A stretch of DNA of 64,000 nt from an uncultured Chloroflexia bacterium (GTDB lineage Bacteria; Chloroflexota; Limnocylindria; Limnocylindrales; CSP1-4): positions 149,600-213,599 of the forward strand of contig CAVXEB010000007.1 of the NCBI GenBank assembly GCA_963760735.1, read 5' to 3'. The notes under the pieces are model-generated. The model was not told the DNA's origin and searched no databases. It worked only from the letters and a program-made list of their open reading frames with translations. The position numbers and the translations under genes are program-made. Each line of letters begins with the position of its first letter. Position 1 is the first letter of the stretch. Positions 39,617-48,887 of the stretch are shown piece by piece.

Positions 39617-40611
39617 GCGCGCGGCCCGCGGCGGTCGGAACCCAGCGGGGCGGCCGGAGCGCGTTCCTCGCCTCCTGGGCCTCGCAGATCGGCATCACGG
39701 TGGCGTTCCTCGTCCTGTGGATCGCCTTCGTCATCCTCGCGCCGAACACATTCCTGAAGGCGCCGATCTACCAGTCGTTCGCCCAGACGACGCCGTTCTT
39801 CGCGATCATGGCGATGCCCCTCACGATGGTGATCGTTGCCGGCGACATCGACCTGTCGTTCCCGGCGACGATGTCCCTCGGCATGGTCGGGTTCGTCGGC
39901 GTGTGGCAGGCCACGGGAAGCGTCGCGCTCGGGGTCGCCGCAGCCCTTGGCGTCGGCGTCCTGTGCGGCCTCTTCAACGGGTTCTTCGTCGTGTTCATCG
40001 GCATCCCGTCGCTGGTCGTGACGATCGGGACACAGTTCCTCTTCCGCGGCCTCGCGCTGGTTCTGGTCGGCGGCAAGCAGTACCCGCTGGTCACCACCCA
40101 GACATCGCCCGCGTACGAGGTCCTCGTTGGGAGGCTGTTCGGCATCCCGATGGAGTTCTACTGGCTCGTCCTCATCGCCGTCGCCACCTGGATCCTGCTC
40201 AACCGTCACCGGCTGGGCCAGAACGCGTACGTCACCGGCGACAACAGGCAGGCCGCCGCGCTCATGGGCATCCCCATCGGTCGGACGCGGATCGCGCTGT
40301 TCGTCCTCGTCGGGCTCGCTGCAACGTTCGCGGGCGTCCTCAACAGCCTCCAGGTCGTCAACTACTACCCGTCGATGGGTGACGGCTATCTCCTGCCGAC
40401 CCTCGCGGCGATCTTCGTCGGCGGCACGTCGGTGTTCGGTGGTCGCGGCAGCGTCTGGGGGACGGCCCTCGGCGCGTTCATGATCGGCGGGATCCAGGCC
40501 GGTCTCGTCGCCATCGGACTGAGCGACTACTACCCCAGCGTCGTGTACGGCGCCGTCATCCTGATCTCCGTCTCCATCCACGCCCTGCTGCGGCGCCGCT
40601 TCGAGTACTGA
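39613..40611 (+). CDS. sugar ABC transporter permease (RbsC/AraH-like)
   Basis: About 9-10 TM helices. Branched-chain/sugar permease family signature region. 4-nt overlaps with both neighbours. Confidence 0.85.
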   Translation: MSARPAAVGTQRGGRSAFLASWASQIGITVAFLVLWIAFVILAPNTFLKAPIYQSFAQTTPFFAIMAMPLTMVIVAGDIDLSFPATMSLGMVGFVGVWQATGSVALGVAAALGVGVLCGLFNGFFVVFIGIPSLVVTIGTQFLFRGLALVLVGGKQYPLVTTQTSPAYEVLVGRLFGIPMEFYWLVLIAVATWILLNRHRLGQNAYVTGDNRQAAALMGIPIGRTRIALFVLVGLAATFAGVLNSLQVVNYYPSMGDGYLLPTLAAIFVGGTSVFGGRGSVWGTALGAFMIGGIQAGLVAIGLSDYYPSVVYGAVILISVSIHALLRRRFEY

Positions 40612-40712
40612 TGGACGGCACGAGGGCGACCGCGGGCGCGCACGACGACCATGCCGGCGGCACCCGCCGCGGCCGGTCCCGGCCGCCCGGCCGAGGGAGC
40701 CGGCCCGCGACG

Positions 40713-41894
40713 ATGAAGGACATCGCGAACGCGACCGGGGTTTCGCGGAGCACGGTGTCACGCATCCTCAACAACACCCCGCTCACCGTCCCGATCGCCC
40801 AGGAGACCCGGGAGCGCGTCCTGGCCGCGGCTCGCGACCTCGAGTACCGCCCGAACCCCCTCGCGCGGGCGCTGCGGGGGGCGCCCACGATGCTTCTCGG
40901 GGCGATCGTCCGCGACATCACCGACCCCTTCTTCGCCGGCGCGATCGAGGCCGTCTCGCGCGCCGCCCGGGCCCGCGGCTACAACATCGTGCTCGGCCTC
41001 GCTCACGCCCGGGCGACGGAGGCGCACGAGCTGGCGACCGTGCTCGAGGCCCGCCATTGCGACGGGATCCTCCTCCTCGGCGACATGGGCGATCAGCCCC
41101 GCCTCCTGGCCGACCTCCGTGGCTCGCACGTCCCGGTGGTCGCGATGTGGCAGGGCACCAGGCTCGACCTCATTCCAGGCGTCCAGGTCGACAACCACCT
41201 GGGCATCAGGATCGCCATCGAGCACCTCGCCGGTCTGGGTCATCGGCGGATCGCCTTCATCGGCGGCCGCCCGCTCGGCGACATCCGCGAGCGGCAGGCC
41301 GCCTACGCCGAGGCCGTGTCGGAGATCCTGGGCGAGATCCCGGCCGACTACCTCCAGCACGTCGCCAACACTCCCGAGGGTGGGGCGGCGGCGCTGGATG
41401 CGCTCCTGCGCGTCTCGCCCAGGCCGACCGCGATCGTCGCCTCGACGGACGTCCTGGCGATCGGCGTCCTGCGCGGCGCGCTCCTTCGTGGCGTGAAGAT
41501 CCCCGGCGAGCTCTCGGTCGTCGGGTTCGACGACATCCCGATGGCGAAGTCCACCGTGCCCGGCCTGACCACGATCCGGATGCCGATCGCGGCCATGGCC
41601 ACGGAGGCGATCGCCATGGCCGTGGGCTTGTCCGACGCCGACGGGGATGGGGATCGGGACGGGCGAGCACCGGGGGCCGGCCCCGCCGGTACATCATCGG
41701 CAGCGCCGCGGACCGCGGCGGCTGCTCGAGGCGACGACGCAACCACGCAGCCGCAGGGTCGGTCGACGATCCGGGTCTTTCCGCCATCGCTTGTCGTCCG
41801 CGGCTCGTCGGCAGCGCCTCCTCCGGGTGAGCGTGAGCCGTCCGAAGGCCCACGATCGGAGCCCGAGCAGGCGTCGCGTGAGGGAGCGCCGTGA
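40713..41894 (+). CDS. LacI family transcriptional regulator (likely arabinose-island repressor)
   Basis: HTH MKDIANATGVSRSTVSRILNN plus sugar-binding core. Unusual ~90-aa low-complexity C-terminal tail. Alternative upstream start at 40611. Stop overlaps the araD GTG (GTGA). Confidence 0.85.
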   Translation: MKDIANATGVSRSTVSRILNNTPLTVPIAQETRERVLAAARDLEYRPNPLARALRGAPTMLLGAIVRDITDPFFAGAIEAVSRAARARGYNIVLGLAHARATEAHELATVLEARHCDGILLLGDMGDQPRLLADLRGSHVPVVAMWQGTRLDLIPGVQVDNHLGIRIAIEHLAGLGHRRIAFIGGRPLGDIRERQAAYAEAVSEILGEIPADYLQHVANTPEGGAAALDALLRVSPRPTAIVASTDVLAIGVLRGALLRGVKIPGELSVVGFDDIPMAKSTVPGLTTIRMPIAAMATEAIAMAVGLSDADGDGDRDGRAPGAGPAGTSSAAPRTAAAARGDDATTQPQGRSTIRVFPPSLVVRGSSAAPPPGEREPSEGPRSEPEQASREGAP

Positions 41895-42604
41895 GCCTCG
41901 ACGACCTCCGGGAGCAGGTCTGCTCCGCCAACACTGCCCTGGTCCGCGCCGGCCTGGTGACCCTGTCCTTCGGCAATGCCAGTGGCGTCGATCGAGGGGC
42001 CGGCGTGATGGTCATCAAGCCCAGCGGCGTGCCGTGTGACGCCCTGCAGCCGGCCGACCTGGTCGCCGTCGATCTGGCCTCGGGCGCCGCGATCGCCGGC
42101 ACCTTTCGCCCGTCCTCCGATACCCCGACCCATCTCGCCCTCTACCGGCGCTACCCGGAGATCGGGGGGGTCGTCCATACCCACTCACCGTGGGCCTCGG
42201 CATGGGCCCAGGCCGGCCGGGCGATCGCCTGCTTCGGGACGACGCACGCCGACCACTTCCACGGACCCGTACCCGTGACACGGGCGCTCACCCCGGTCGA
42301 GCTCGGGGAGACCTACGAGGCGGATACCGGCGCCGTCATCATCGAGACCCTGGACGCGCTCGAGCTCGCACCCCTCGAGATGCCGGCGGTCCTGGTCCGC
42401 TCGCACGGGCCGTTCACCTGGGGGATCGACGCCACCGAGGCGGTCGCAAATGCCATCGCGCTCGAGGCGGTAGCGGCGATGGCCCAGCGAACACTGGCGA
42501 TCGACGATGTCGCGGACGCGATCGACGAGGCGCTCCTCGAGCGCCACTTCCGACGAAAGCATGGGCCCACCGCCTACTACGGCCAGGTGGGCCGCCATGG
42601 CTGA
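41891..42604 (+). CDS. araD: L-ribulose-5-phosphate 4-epimerase
   Basis: Class II aldolase/adducin fold with AraD motifs ([25 protein letters not shown], metal-binding His cluster). Sits between lacI and the ribulokinase gene. Confidence 0.9.
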   Translation: MSLDDLREQVCSANTALVRAGLVTLSFGNASGVDRGAGVMVIKPSGVPCDALQPADLVAVDLASGAAIAGTFRPSSDTPTHLALYRRYPEIGGVVHTHSPWASAWAQAGRAIACFGTTHADHFHGPVPVTRALTPVELGETYEADTGAVIIETLDALELAPLEMPAVLVRSHGPFTWGIDATEAVANAIALEAVAAMAQRTLAIDDVADAIDEALLERHFRRKHGPTAYYGQVGRHG

Positions 42605-42701
42605 CCCAAGGGGCGGGGCAACGCCACCGGGATGCGGCACCGTGCGGCAGGCCTCCGGGATCGTCGGGGGCGGCGGTGGCCGGCTCGGGCGGAGGAGGAT
42701 C

Positions 42702-44306
42702 GTGAAGCAGCAGGACGATCACGCGGCCGAGCTGATCAGGGCCGGTGACGCGATCCTCGGGATCGAGCTCGGCTCGACGCGGATCAAGGCATCGCTGATC
42801 GCGCCCGACACGACGCCTCTCGCCTCCGGCTCACACTCCTGGGCAAGCCGGCTCGACGAAGGTGTCTGGACCTACGACATGGCGGACGTCTGGAGCGGCC
42901 TGGCGGCGAGCTACGCGTCGCTCGTCGAGGACGTCCGCGACCGCTATTCCCTTCAGCTGACGACCGTGGCAGCCATGGGCGTGAGCGGGATGATGCACGG
43001 GTACCTGCCGCTGGACGTCGATGGAAGGCTCTCGGTGCCATTCCGGACCTGGCGGAACAACATCACCGGCGAGGCGTGCGCCGCCTTGACCCCGCTCCTC
43101 GGCTTCGCCGTGCCGCAGCGCTGGAGCATCGCCCACCTGTACCAGTCGATCCTGGAGGGGCAGCCACATGTCAGCCGGATCGACCGGCTCACCACGCTGG
43201 CGGGGTACGTGCACCTGACGCTCACCGGCAACCACGCGGTGGGTGTCGGCGAGGCCTCGGGCATGTTCCCCATCGACCCGCGGAGCGGTGACTGGGACAC
43301 CGCGCGGATGGCGACGTTCGACGCGCTCATCGCGCCGCAGGGGTTGGGTTGGGCCCTCCGCGACATCCTTCCCACCGTCCTCGCCGCCGGCCGCCCAGCC
43401 GGACAGCTGTCGGCAACCGGTGCGCGGCTGCTCGACCAGTCCGGGGGGCTCCCCGCCGGGATCCCCCTCTGTCCTCCCGAGGGCGACGCCGGGACGGGCA
43501 TGGTCGCGACCAACGCGGTGCGGCCGCGCTCGGGGAACGTGTCGGCGGGCACGTCGGTGTTCGCCATGATCGTTCTGGAGAAGAGCCTGGGCGGCATCCA
43601 CGATGGGATCGACATCGTGGTCACGCCCGACGGCAAGCCCGTGGCCATGGCCCACTCGAACAACGGGTCCGGCGACCTCGACGCATGGATCGCGCTCTTC
43701 GGCCAGGTGGCACGGGCACTCGGGATGGACGCCCGTCCGGAGGACCTCTACGACCGCCTCCTCCCGCTGGCGGTGGACGGTGACCCGGACGCAGGCGGCC
43801 TCCTCGCCATCAACTACGTGTCGGGTGAGCACGTGACGGGCTTCACGGAAGGCCGGCCCCTGTTCGCGCGGAACCAGGACAGCAGGTTCACCCTCGAGAA
43901 CTTCGTGCGGGCCATGTTCTTCGCTTCGCTCTGCGCCCTGCGGACGGGCGTGGACATCCTGACCCGGCAGGAGGGCGTCGTCATCGAGGAGATCCGGGGC
44001 CACGGTGGGTTCTTCCAGGGCGGCGACACCGGGCAACGGATGATGGCGGCCGCACTCGACGTTCCGGTCTCCATTCCTGCGACGGCCGCCGAAGGTGGCG
44101 CCTGGGGCATGGCCGTGCTCGCCGCCTACATGCTCCGTCGCGACGCCGGGCAGTCGCTACCCGACTTCCTCGACGAACGGATCGCCGGCACCATCGGCCC
44201 GCCGGTCAGACCCGAGCCGCGTGACGTGCAGGGCTTCGCGGAATTCTTCGCTCGCCACACGCGGGGGCTTGCCATCGAGCGAGCGGCCGTGGACACGCTG
44301 CGTTGA
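42702..44306 (+). CDS. araB: ribulokinase (FGGY carbohydrate kinase)
   Basis: FGGY N-terminal motif [15 protein letters not shown]. Full FGGY length (534 aa) from GTG 42702, preceded by GGAGGAGGA. The ORF-track ATG-less 5' extension overlaps araD and is unlikely. Confidence 0.85.
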   Translation: MKQQDDHAAELIRAGDAILGIELGSTRIKASLIAPDTTPLASGSHSWASRLDEGVWTYDMADVWSGLAASYASLVEDVRDRYSLQLTTVAAMGVSGMMHGYLPLDVDGRLSVPFRTWRNNITGEACAALTPLLGFAVPQRWSIAHLYQSILEGQPHVSRIDRLTTLAGYVHLTLTGNHAVGVGEASGMFPIDPRSGDWDTARMATFDALIAPQGLGWALRDILPTVLAAGRPAGQLSATGARLLDQSGGLPAGIPLCPPEGDAGTGMVATNAVRPRSGNVSAGTSVFAMIVLEKSLGGIHDGIDIVVTPDGKPVAMAHSNNGSGDLDAWIALFGQVARALGMDARPEDLYDRLLPLAVDGDPDAGGLLAINYVSGEHVTGFTEGRPLFARNQDSRFTLENFVRAMFFASLCALRTGVDILTRQEGVVIEEIRGHGGFFQGGDTGQRMMAAALDVPVSIPATAAEGGAWGMAVLAAYMLRRDAGQSLPDFLDERIAGTIGPPVRPEPRDVQGFAEFFARHTRGLAIERAAVDTLR

Positions 44307-44451
44307 GCTGCGTTCCTGCCGGTTCATCGCCACCGATGGATGGTCATCGGGATCATCCGACGGCCGTCGCCGCACGTCCCTGGTGCCCAGCTGCCCGGTC
44401 CCGAGCCGTTGCCGCAGTCGCTGTCCGACAGTAGAATCCGGTTCCTCCCGA

Positions 44452-44527
44452 GCGGGAGTAACTCAGTTGGCAGAGTGTCAGCTTTCCAAGCAGAATGTCG
44501 CGGGTTCGAATCCCGTCTCCCGCTCCA
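44452..44527 (+). tRNA. tRNA-Gly (anticodon TCC); one A.A mismatch in anticodon stem
   Basis: Same scaffold as tRNA-Gly(CCC) (identical acceptor, D-arm and T-arm apart from AAT in the T-loop) but with anticodon loop TTTCCAA. Anticodon stem TCAGC/GCAGA has an A-A mismatch at 29-41. Confidence 0.8.
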
Positions 44528-44634
44528 CTTCCCATCGGAACTCCGGAAGACACCCTACTTGGTGTCGTCTCTTGTCTTCTGGGCTCTTCGGACTCGTGCT
44601 CGCCGGCCGCCGCCGACCTGCGGCATCGGCGCCT

Positions 44635-45513
44635 TCAGTGCAGCCAGGCGAGCATCTCGGCCCAGCGCGTCAGCGGCGCAAGGTGTCCATCGCCAGGGAA
44701 GATCGCGAACGTCGCTCCCGGGATGGTGGCAGCGAGGTAGTCCGCCTCGTCGCGGTCGGCCGGGGCACCATCTCCCACCCAGACCGCAGCGTCGCACCTG
44801 ATCTCGGCGAGAGAGAAACCCCAAGGCTGGATGAACGCCATCGTGTCGGCGACCGCGCCGGCGGAGCCCTGCCGCGCCGCGTCGCGTGCCCACTCGATCA
44901 TGGCCTCGCGCACGTCCGAACGCGCGAAGAGCCGCTGGTCCGGACCCGGAGGCTCATCCGAGTTCTCGAACAAGCCGTCGTAGACGGACGCGGGATTGTC
45001 GGCGAAGCCCTTCCATTGATTGACCACGCCATCGAGTGCCCCCTGCGGATCGACGGGCAGCAGGCGGCTCAGCCTGCGAGTCTCATCGTCGAATGAGCCT
45101 GGGACCTCAGTCATCGGCCCGACGCTGCCCGACACGCCGACCGACGTGACGATGGCGGGAAGACTGAAGGCGCACGCGAGGGCATAGGGACCGCCGCCGG
45201 ACCATCCCATCAGAGGGCAAGGCCGCAGGTCGAGCTGCGCGTGGAGCTCAGCGAAGTCATCCGCCCAGCTCAGGAGCGAACGGCCCGGCTTCGGATCCGA
45301 CCAGCCGTAGCCCGGTCGGTCGACGGTGATAAGGCGGACGCCAGCGGCCGCGGTGGCATCCGTGTCCGGGCACTGGAGCCGGGTGGCGGGCATGCCGTGG
45401 AACATGACCACCGGACGTCCTCGCAGGTCGCCCCACTCGGCGTAGGCGAGCGACCTGCCGTCGCGGAGCGTGACCCGGCCTTCGGACCGAGGAGTCGCGG
45501 AGACACTGGCCAT
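44635..45513 (-). CDS. alpha/beta-hydrolase fold protein
   Basis: HGMPATR oxyanion region, nucleophile elbow GWSGGG (GxSxG), C-terminal His. Confidence 0.8.
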   Translation of the reverse strand: MASVSATPRSEGRVTLRDGRSLAYAEWGDLRGRPVVMFHGMPATRLQCPDTDATAAAGVRLITVDRPGYGWSDPKPGRSLLSWADDFAELHAQLDLRPCPLMGWSGGGPYALACAFSLPAIVTSVGVSGSVGPMTEVPGSFDDETRRLSRLLPVDPQGALDGVVNQWKGFADNPASVYDGLFENSDEPPGPDQRLFARSDVREAMIEWARDAARQGSAGAVADTMAFIQPWGFSLAEIRCDAAVWVGDGAPADRDEADYLAATIPGATFAIFPGDGHLAPLTRWAEMLAWLH

Positions 45514-45692
45514 CCCAACCTCCGCGCGCGGACGACAACCATCCGCAGTATTGCCCGGTCCATCGCGACCATAGCGGCGAGCGCCTCGTTGTCGGCCACC
45601 GGTGTCGAGACTTGGAGGCGGTCACGACACCATGACAATCTGTGATTCGCTCGACCCTCCATGCTCGTGCTGCTGCGCTCACGAGCTCAGGA

Positions 45693-46679
45693 CTTCCCAA
45701 GCTGAATGTCGCGGGTTCGAACCCCAGTCCTCCCGCTCCTCTTCCCTCGCCTGACGTTCGCCTGAGCGCGACCGCAGTCAGGGGAGCGGCTCGTAGACGA
45801 GCGTCCCCCCGTCCTCGAGGGTGATGGTCAGGGCGTTCGACGCAATCGCGTAGCTCGCGCTGTTCGTCAGGGCCAGCACGTACAGGTCGCCGTGGGACCC
45901 GTCACCGCAGGGCACGATCGCCGACGGCCCGGGCACGATCGACAGGCCGCCCGCCGCCGTCGCCGTCCACTGGCCGACGAGGGTGTTGCAGTCGGCGATC
46001 GCGCTGAACTGCCCGCCCGCCTTGAACGAGACGGTGTACTTCGAGCGCTCGGCGGCCGGGATGACGCCCTGATGCACGGGGTCGCGCGTGGTGATGCTGA
46101 CGAGCTGCCAGTTCGTCCCGACCAGGTCGGCGCCCGGGCTCGGGGCGGGTGTCGGGGACGGCGTCGGCTTGGGCGTCGGGGTCGGTGTCGGGGTCGGGGT
46201 CGGGGTCGGTGTGGGCGTCGGTGACTTCGTGGGTGCCTCGGTCGGCTCCGTCGTCGGCGAGGCGGACGCGCTCGGCGGGGCCGAAGCGGTCACCGTGGGC
46301 GTCGGGCTCGCGGTCGGCGTGGCCGTCGGGGTCGGGCTCGGTGACGCGCTCGGTGACGGGCTCGCGCTGGCTGACGCGGAAGGCGACGAGCTGGCGCTGG
46401 GTGACGCCGAGGGACTCGGGACCACCGCCGTGCCGGAGCTCGCCACGAACGTGCCGGTCCCACCGTCGGCTGTCGTGAGCGTCAGCTGACCGCCGGCGAT
46501 GACCCAGGTCGTCACATTCGCGAGCTCGTGGGCGAAGATGTCCCCGTACGACCCGTCCGGGCAGGCCACGAGCGTGCTTGGCCCGGGCGTGATCGTGATG
46601 CCGTCCTTGCCGCGCAGGCTGTAGGTCCCGGCCAGGGCATTGCAGTCCGCCCTGGCGCTGAACGTGCCGTCGGTGGCGA
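45693..46679. repeat. 985-bp direct repeat, copy B (intact copy); begins with tRNA-Gly 3'-half remnant 45693-45739
   Basis: See copy A. Here the repeat is continuous with the intact 5' end of the META-domain gene. Confidence 0.9.
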
Positions 46680-46884
46680 ACTTGATCGTGTAGCGCGTCT
46701 GCTCTTCGGCCGGGAATACCCCCTGGAACGCCGGGGTCTGGCCGGTGATCGCGGCCAGCTGCCAGGTCGAGCCGGTCAGGGTGCCGGTGTCCGGGCCGCG
46801 GCCCAGGATGGCGAAGAGGGCGAGCCCGCCGATGACGACGGCGGCGACGACGCCGATGACGACGACCACGGGGCGTTGCTGCAT
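45778..46884 (-). CDS. membrane-anchored protein with two HslJ-like META (DUF306) domains and Pro/Thr-rich linker
   Basis: Start MQQRPVVVVIGVVAAVVIGGLALFAILG (N-terminal TM anchor; ATG 46884 with GGAGAGGGA upstream). Two META-like halves (TWQLAAI..., ...NWQLVSI...DCNTLVGQW...). Paralogous to the 9029-10486 protein. Confidence 0.75.
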   Translation of the reverse strand: MQQRPVVVVIGVVAAVVIGGLALFAILGRGPDTGTLTGSTWQLAAITGQTPAFQGVFPAEEQTRYTIKFATDGTFSARADCNALAGTYSLRGKDGITITPGPSTLVACPDGSYGDIFAHELANVTTWVIAGGQLTLTTADGGTGTFVASSGTAVVPSPSASPSASSSPSASASASPSPSASPSPTPTATPTASPTPTVTASAPPSASASPTTEPTEAPTKSPTPTPTPTPTPTPTPTPKPTPSPTPAPSPGADLVGTNWQLVSITTRDPVHQGVIPAAERSKYTVSFKAGGQFSAIADCNTLVGQWTATAAGGLSIVPGPSAIVPCGDGSHGDLYVLALTNSASYAIASNALTITLEDGGTLVYEPLP

Positions 46885-47068
46885 CAGTCCCTCTCCATCG
46901 GGTGGACCATCGAAGGAGGCATCGACTCGGCGACAGCTGATCGTCGCCATGCCGGTTCGTCCGAGTCCGGCGTGCACACTGCGGCCCGCGCCGCGGTCTC
47001 GTCAAGGCGGACGGCACGCCTCTAACTGAGGCCCACTCCCCTCACCCGACCCGGGCGGCCGTGGCGCG

Positions 47069-47518
47069 TCACTGTGTCGACGCATCCTCGATGCCGAACG
47101 GCACGCCCTCGCGCCATTCCGACGGCGCCAACGACGCCAGCGGATCGAATGGCGTGGACCACTCGGTCCGGACGGGCGACGGCCCGAAGCCCTCCATGGC
47201 GTAGATGGTCTCGCGGTCGATCTTGTCGCCACGGAACCGGACCATGCTGACGCCGAACATCGGCGGCGACCCGTCGTAGCTGACGAGGACCTCGAGGAAC
47301 CAGAGGTCGCCGTGGCCGGTGATCCGGCGCAGCCGGTAGTCGACCTTCGCGGGGTACTGCTTGCGCCAGGTCAGGAAGCTGTCCTTCCCGATGAACCGCT
47401 CGCCCGACTGCGGGAACTCGAGCACGGCGTCGTCGTGGTAGATCTCGTGCGTCTCGTCGAGGTCGCGACCTTCCTCGAATTGGCGGACCAGGGCCCGGCG
47501 AATGGCGGCGTCGTCCAT
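47069..47518 (-). CDS. NTF2-like / SnoaL-like domain protein
   Basis: 149 aa, alpha+beta cone fold motifs (YHDDAVLEFP, WFLEVLVSYDG). No other family features. Confidence 0.65.
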   Translation of the reverse strand: MDDAAIRRALVRQFEEGRDLDETHEIYHDDAVLEFPQSGERFIGKDSFLTWRKQYPAKVDYRLRRITGHGDLWFLEVLVSYDGSPPMFGVSMVRFRGDKIDRETIYAMEGFGPSPVRTEWSTPFDPLASLAPSEWREGVPFGIEDASTQ

Positions 47519-47682
47519 GGGCGTACCTCCCCCGTGTTCGCGCCCATGCCAGGCGGGGTCGGCCCTCGGCGCCGAAGGAAGGACGGCGTGCGCGCCTTGC
47601 CGCGGCAGTCCTCGACTCGGACGACTACTCCTGCGCGCGCTGCCCGATGAGCGACGGCGACTGATCCGCGGAGAGTCCGGCG

Positions 47683-48444
47683 TCAGCCGGGGTCATCGCT
47701 CCGGCCGGGCTCGTCGACCACGGCAGTCGCGGACTCCGCCTCGACGCTCGCGCGCGACGACCCGCGGACGATCGTCCGGCCGATGTTTCCGACGAGCAAC
47801 GCCACAGCCGATACCAGATACAGCTGTCCCGCCAAGGCTTCCGACACGGCCATCATCCGGCCCACGGGCGTCGACGCCGTGAAGTCCCCGTAGCCGACGG
47901 TCGTCAGGGTCACGTAGCTGAAGTAGAGGTAGTCGATCGCCGCCGGATTGGCCGTCTGGACAAAGAACGGCGCGTCGGTCACGGCACTGATCAAGGGATA
48001 GAGGTAGGCGTAGGTCAGTCCGACCAGGAGGTAGATCGCCAACGCTCCCAGGACAATCCTGAAGGTGATCGTCGGCGTGGCCAGGATCCGCCTCAGGATG
48101 ACGACCGGCGCGGCGAACGCGAGCAGCAAGCCGATCAGGCCGGCCGCGAAGGTCCCCCGGTCGGCACCGCTGACGAGACCCGCGGCTGCGCCGGCGACGG
48201 CGATCAGGACGACCACGAGCGCCGCCCGGTAGGTCCGGCGCCGGGCACCCGACGTATGGAGGACGAAGAGGAGCGTGAATCCGCTCAGGCACACGCCCAC
48301 GAACTGGCCGACCGCGCCGATGCCAAGTGAGATCGTGACGATCGTCGCGAGGACGAGCAGCAGGACCAGGCCGAAGTCGTCTCGCTCCTCGAGGCGCGCG
48401 ACCACACGGTCTCTTCGTTTCGCCGGCGTGGCGGGTCCGAGCAT
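47683..48444 (-). CDS. two-TM potassium channel family protein
   Basis: Selectivity filter TTVGYGD within a pore helix between two TM helices. Additional N-terminal TM helices. Confidence 0.8.
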   Translation of the reverse strand: MLGPATPAKRRDRVVARLEERDDFGLVLLLVLATIVTISLGIGAVGQFVGVCLSGFTLLFVLHTSGARRRTYRAALVVVLIAVAGAAAGLVSGADRGTFAAGLIGLLLAFAAPVVILRRILATPTITFRIVLGALAIYLLVGLTYAYLYPLISAVTDAPFFVQTANPAAIDYLYFSYVTLTTVGYGDFTASTPVGRMMAVSEALAGQLYLVSAVALLVGNIGRTIVRGSSRASVEAESATAVVDEPGRSDDPG

Positions 48445-48464
48445 CGGAACGGATCAGCGGACGG

Positions 48465-48887
48465 TCAGTCGAGCCACTCCCGGTCCTGGTTGTCCGGGTC
48501 ATCGATCGGCGACGAGATGAACAGCACCTTCGGGGCGTCCTCGAACTGCCCGCCGTGGGGCGTGTTCGCGGGGATGACCCAGACGTCGCCCTTCGTCACC
48601 GGCCGCGTCACGCCGCCGACCGTCACCGATCCGGTTCCCTCGAGCACGTAGCCGATCTCGTCGTGGGTCACGTGGACGTGGCGCCGAAAGGGGCCCGGGT
48701 GGCCCTGGAAGACGAACACGCTCGATTGGGTCCCATGGCCGAGATAGGTCCGCTTGAAGACGTCCGCCTCGGTCAGTGCATCCGCCGCGACGGCGGCCGC
48801 GACGTCGACGACGTCGACCTTCGTCCGGGGGATCAACTGCTGGCAGGTCGGGCAAAGGTGCTGGTCGGCGCGGTCGTGCTCCGTCAT
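48465..48887 (-). CDS. cupin-domain protein, acireductone dioxygenase (ARD/MtnD)-like
   Basis: Start MTEHDRADQ (ATG 48887, ATGA overlap with the upstream MtnB-like gene). HVHVTHDEIGYVLEGTG fits ARD HxH...E...EG metal-binding pattern. N-terminal CPTC pair. Confidence 0.6.
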   Translation of the reverse strand: MTEHDRADQHLCPTCQQLIPRTKVDVVDVAAAVAADALTEADVFKRTYLGHGTQSSVFVFQGHPGPFRRHVHVTHDEIGYVLEGTGSVTVGGVTRPVTKGDVWVIPANTPHGGQFEDAPKVLFISSPIDDPDNQDREWLD

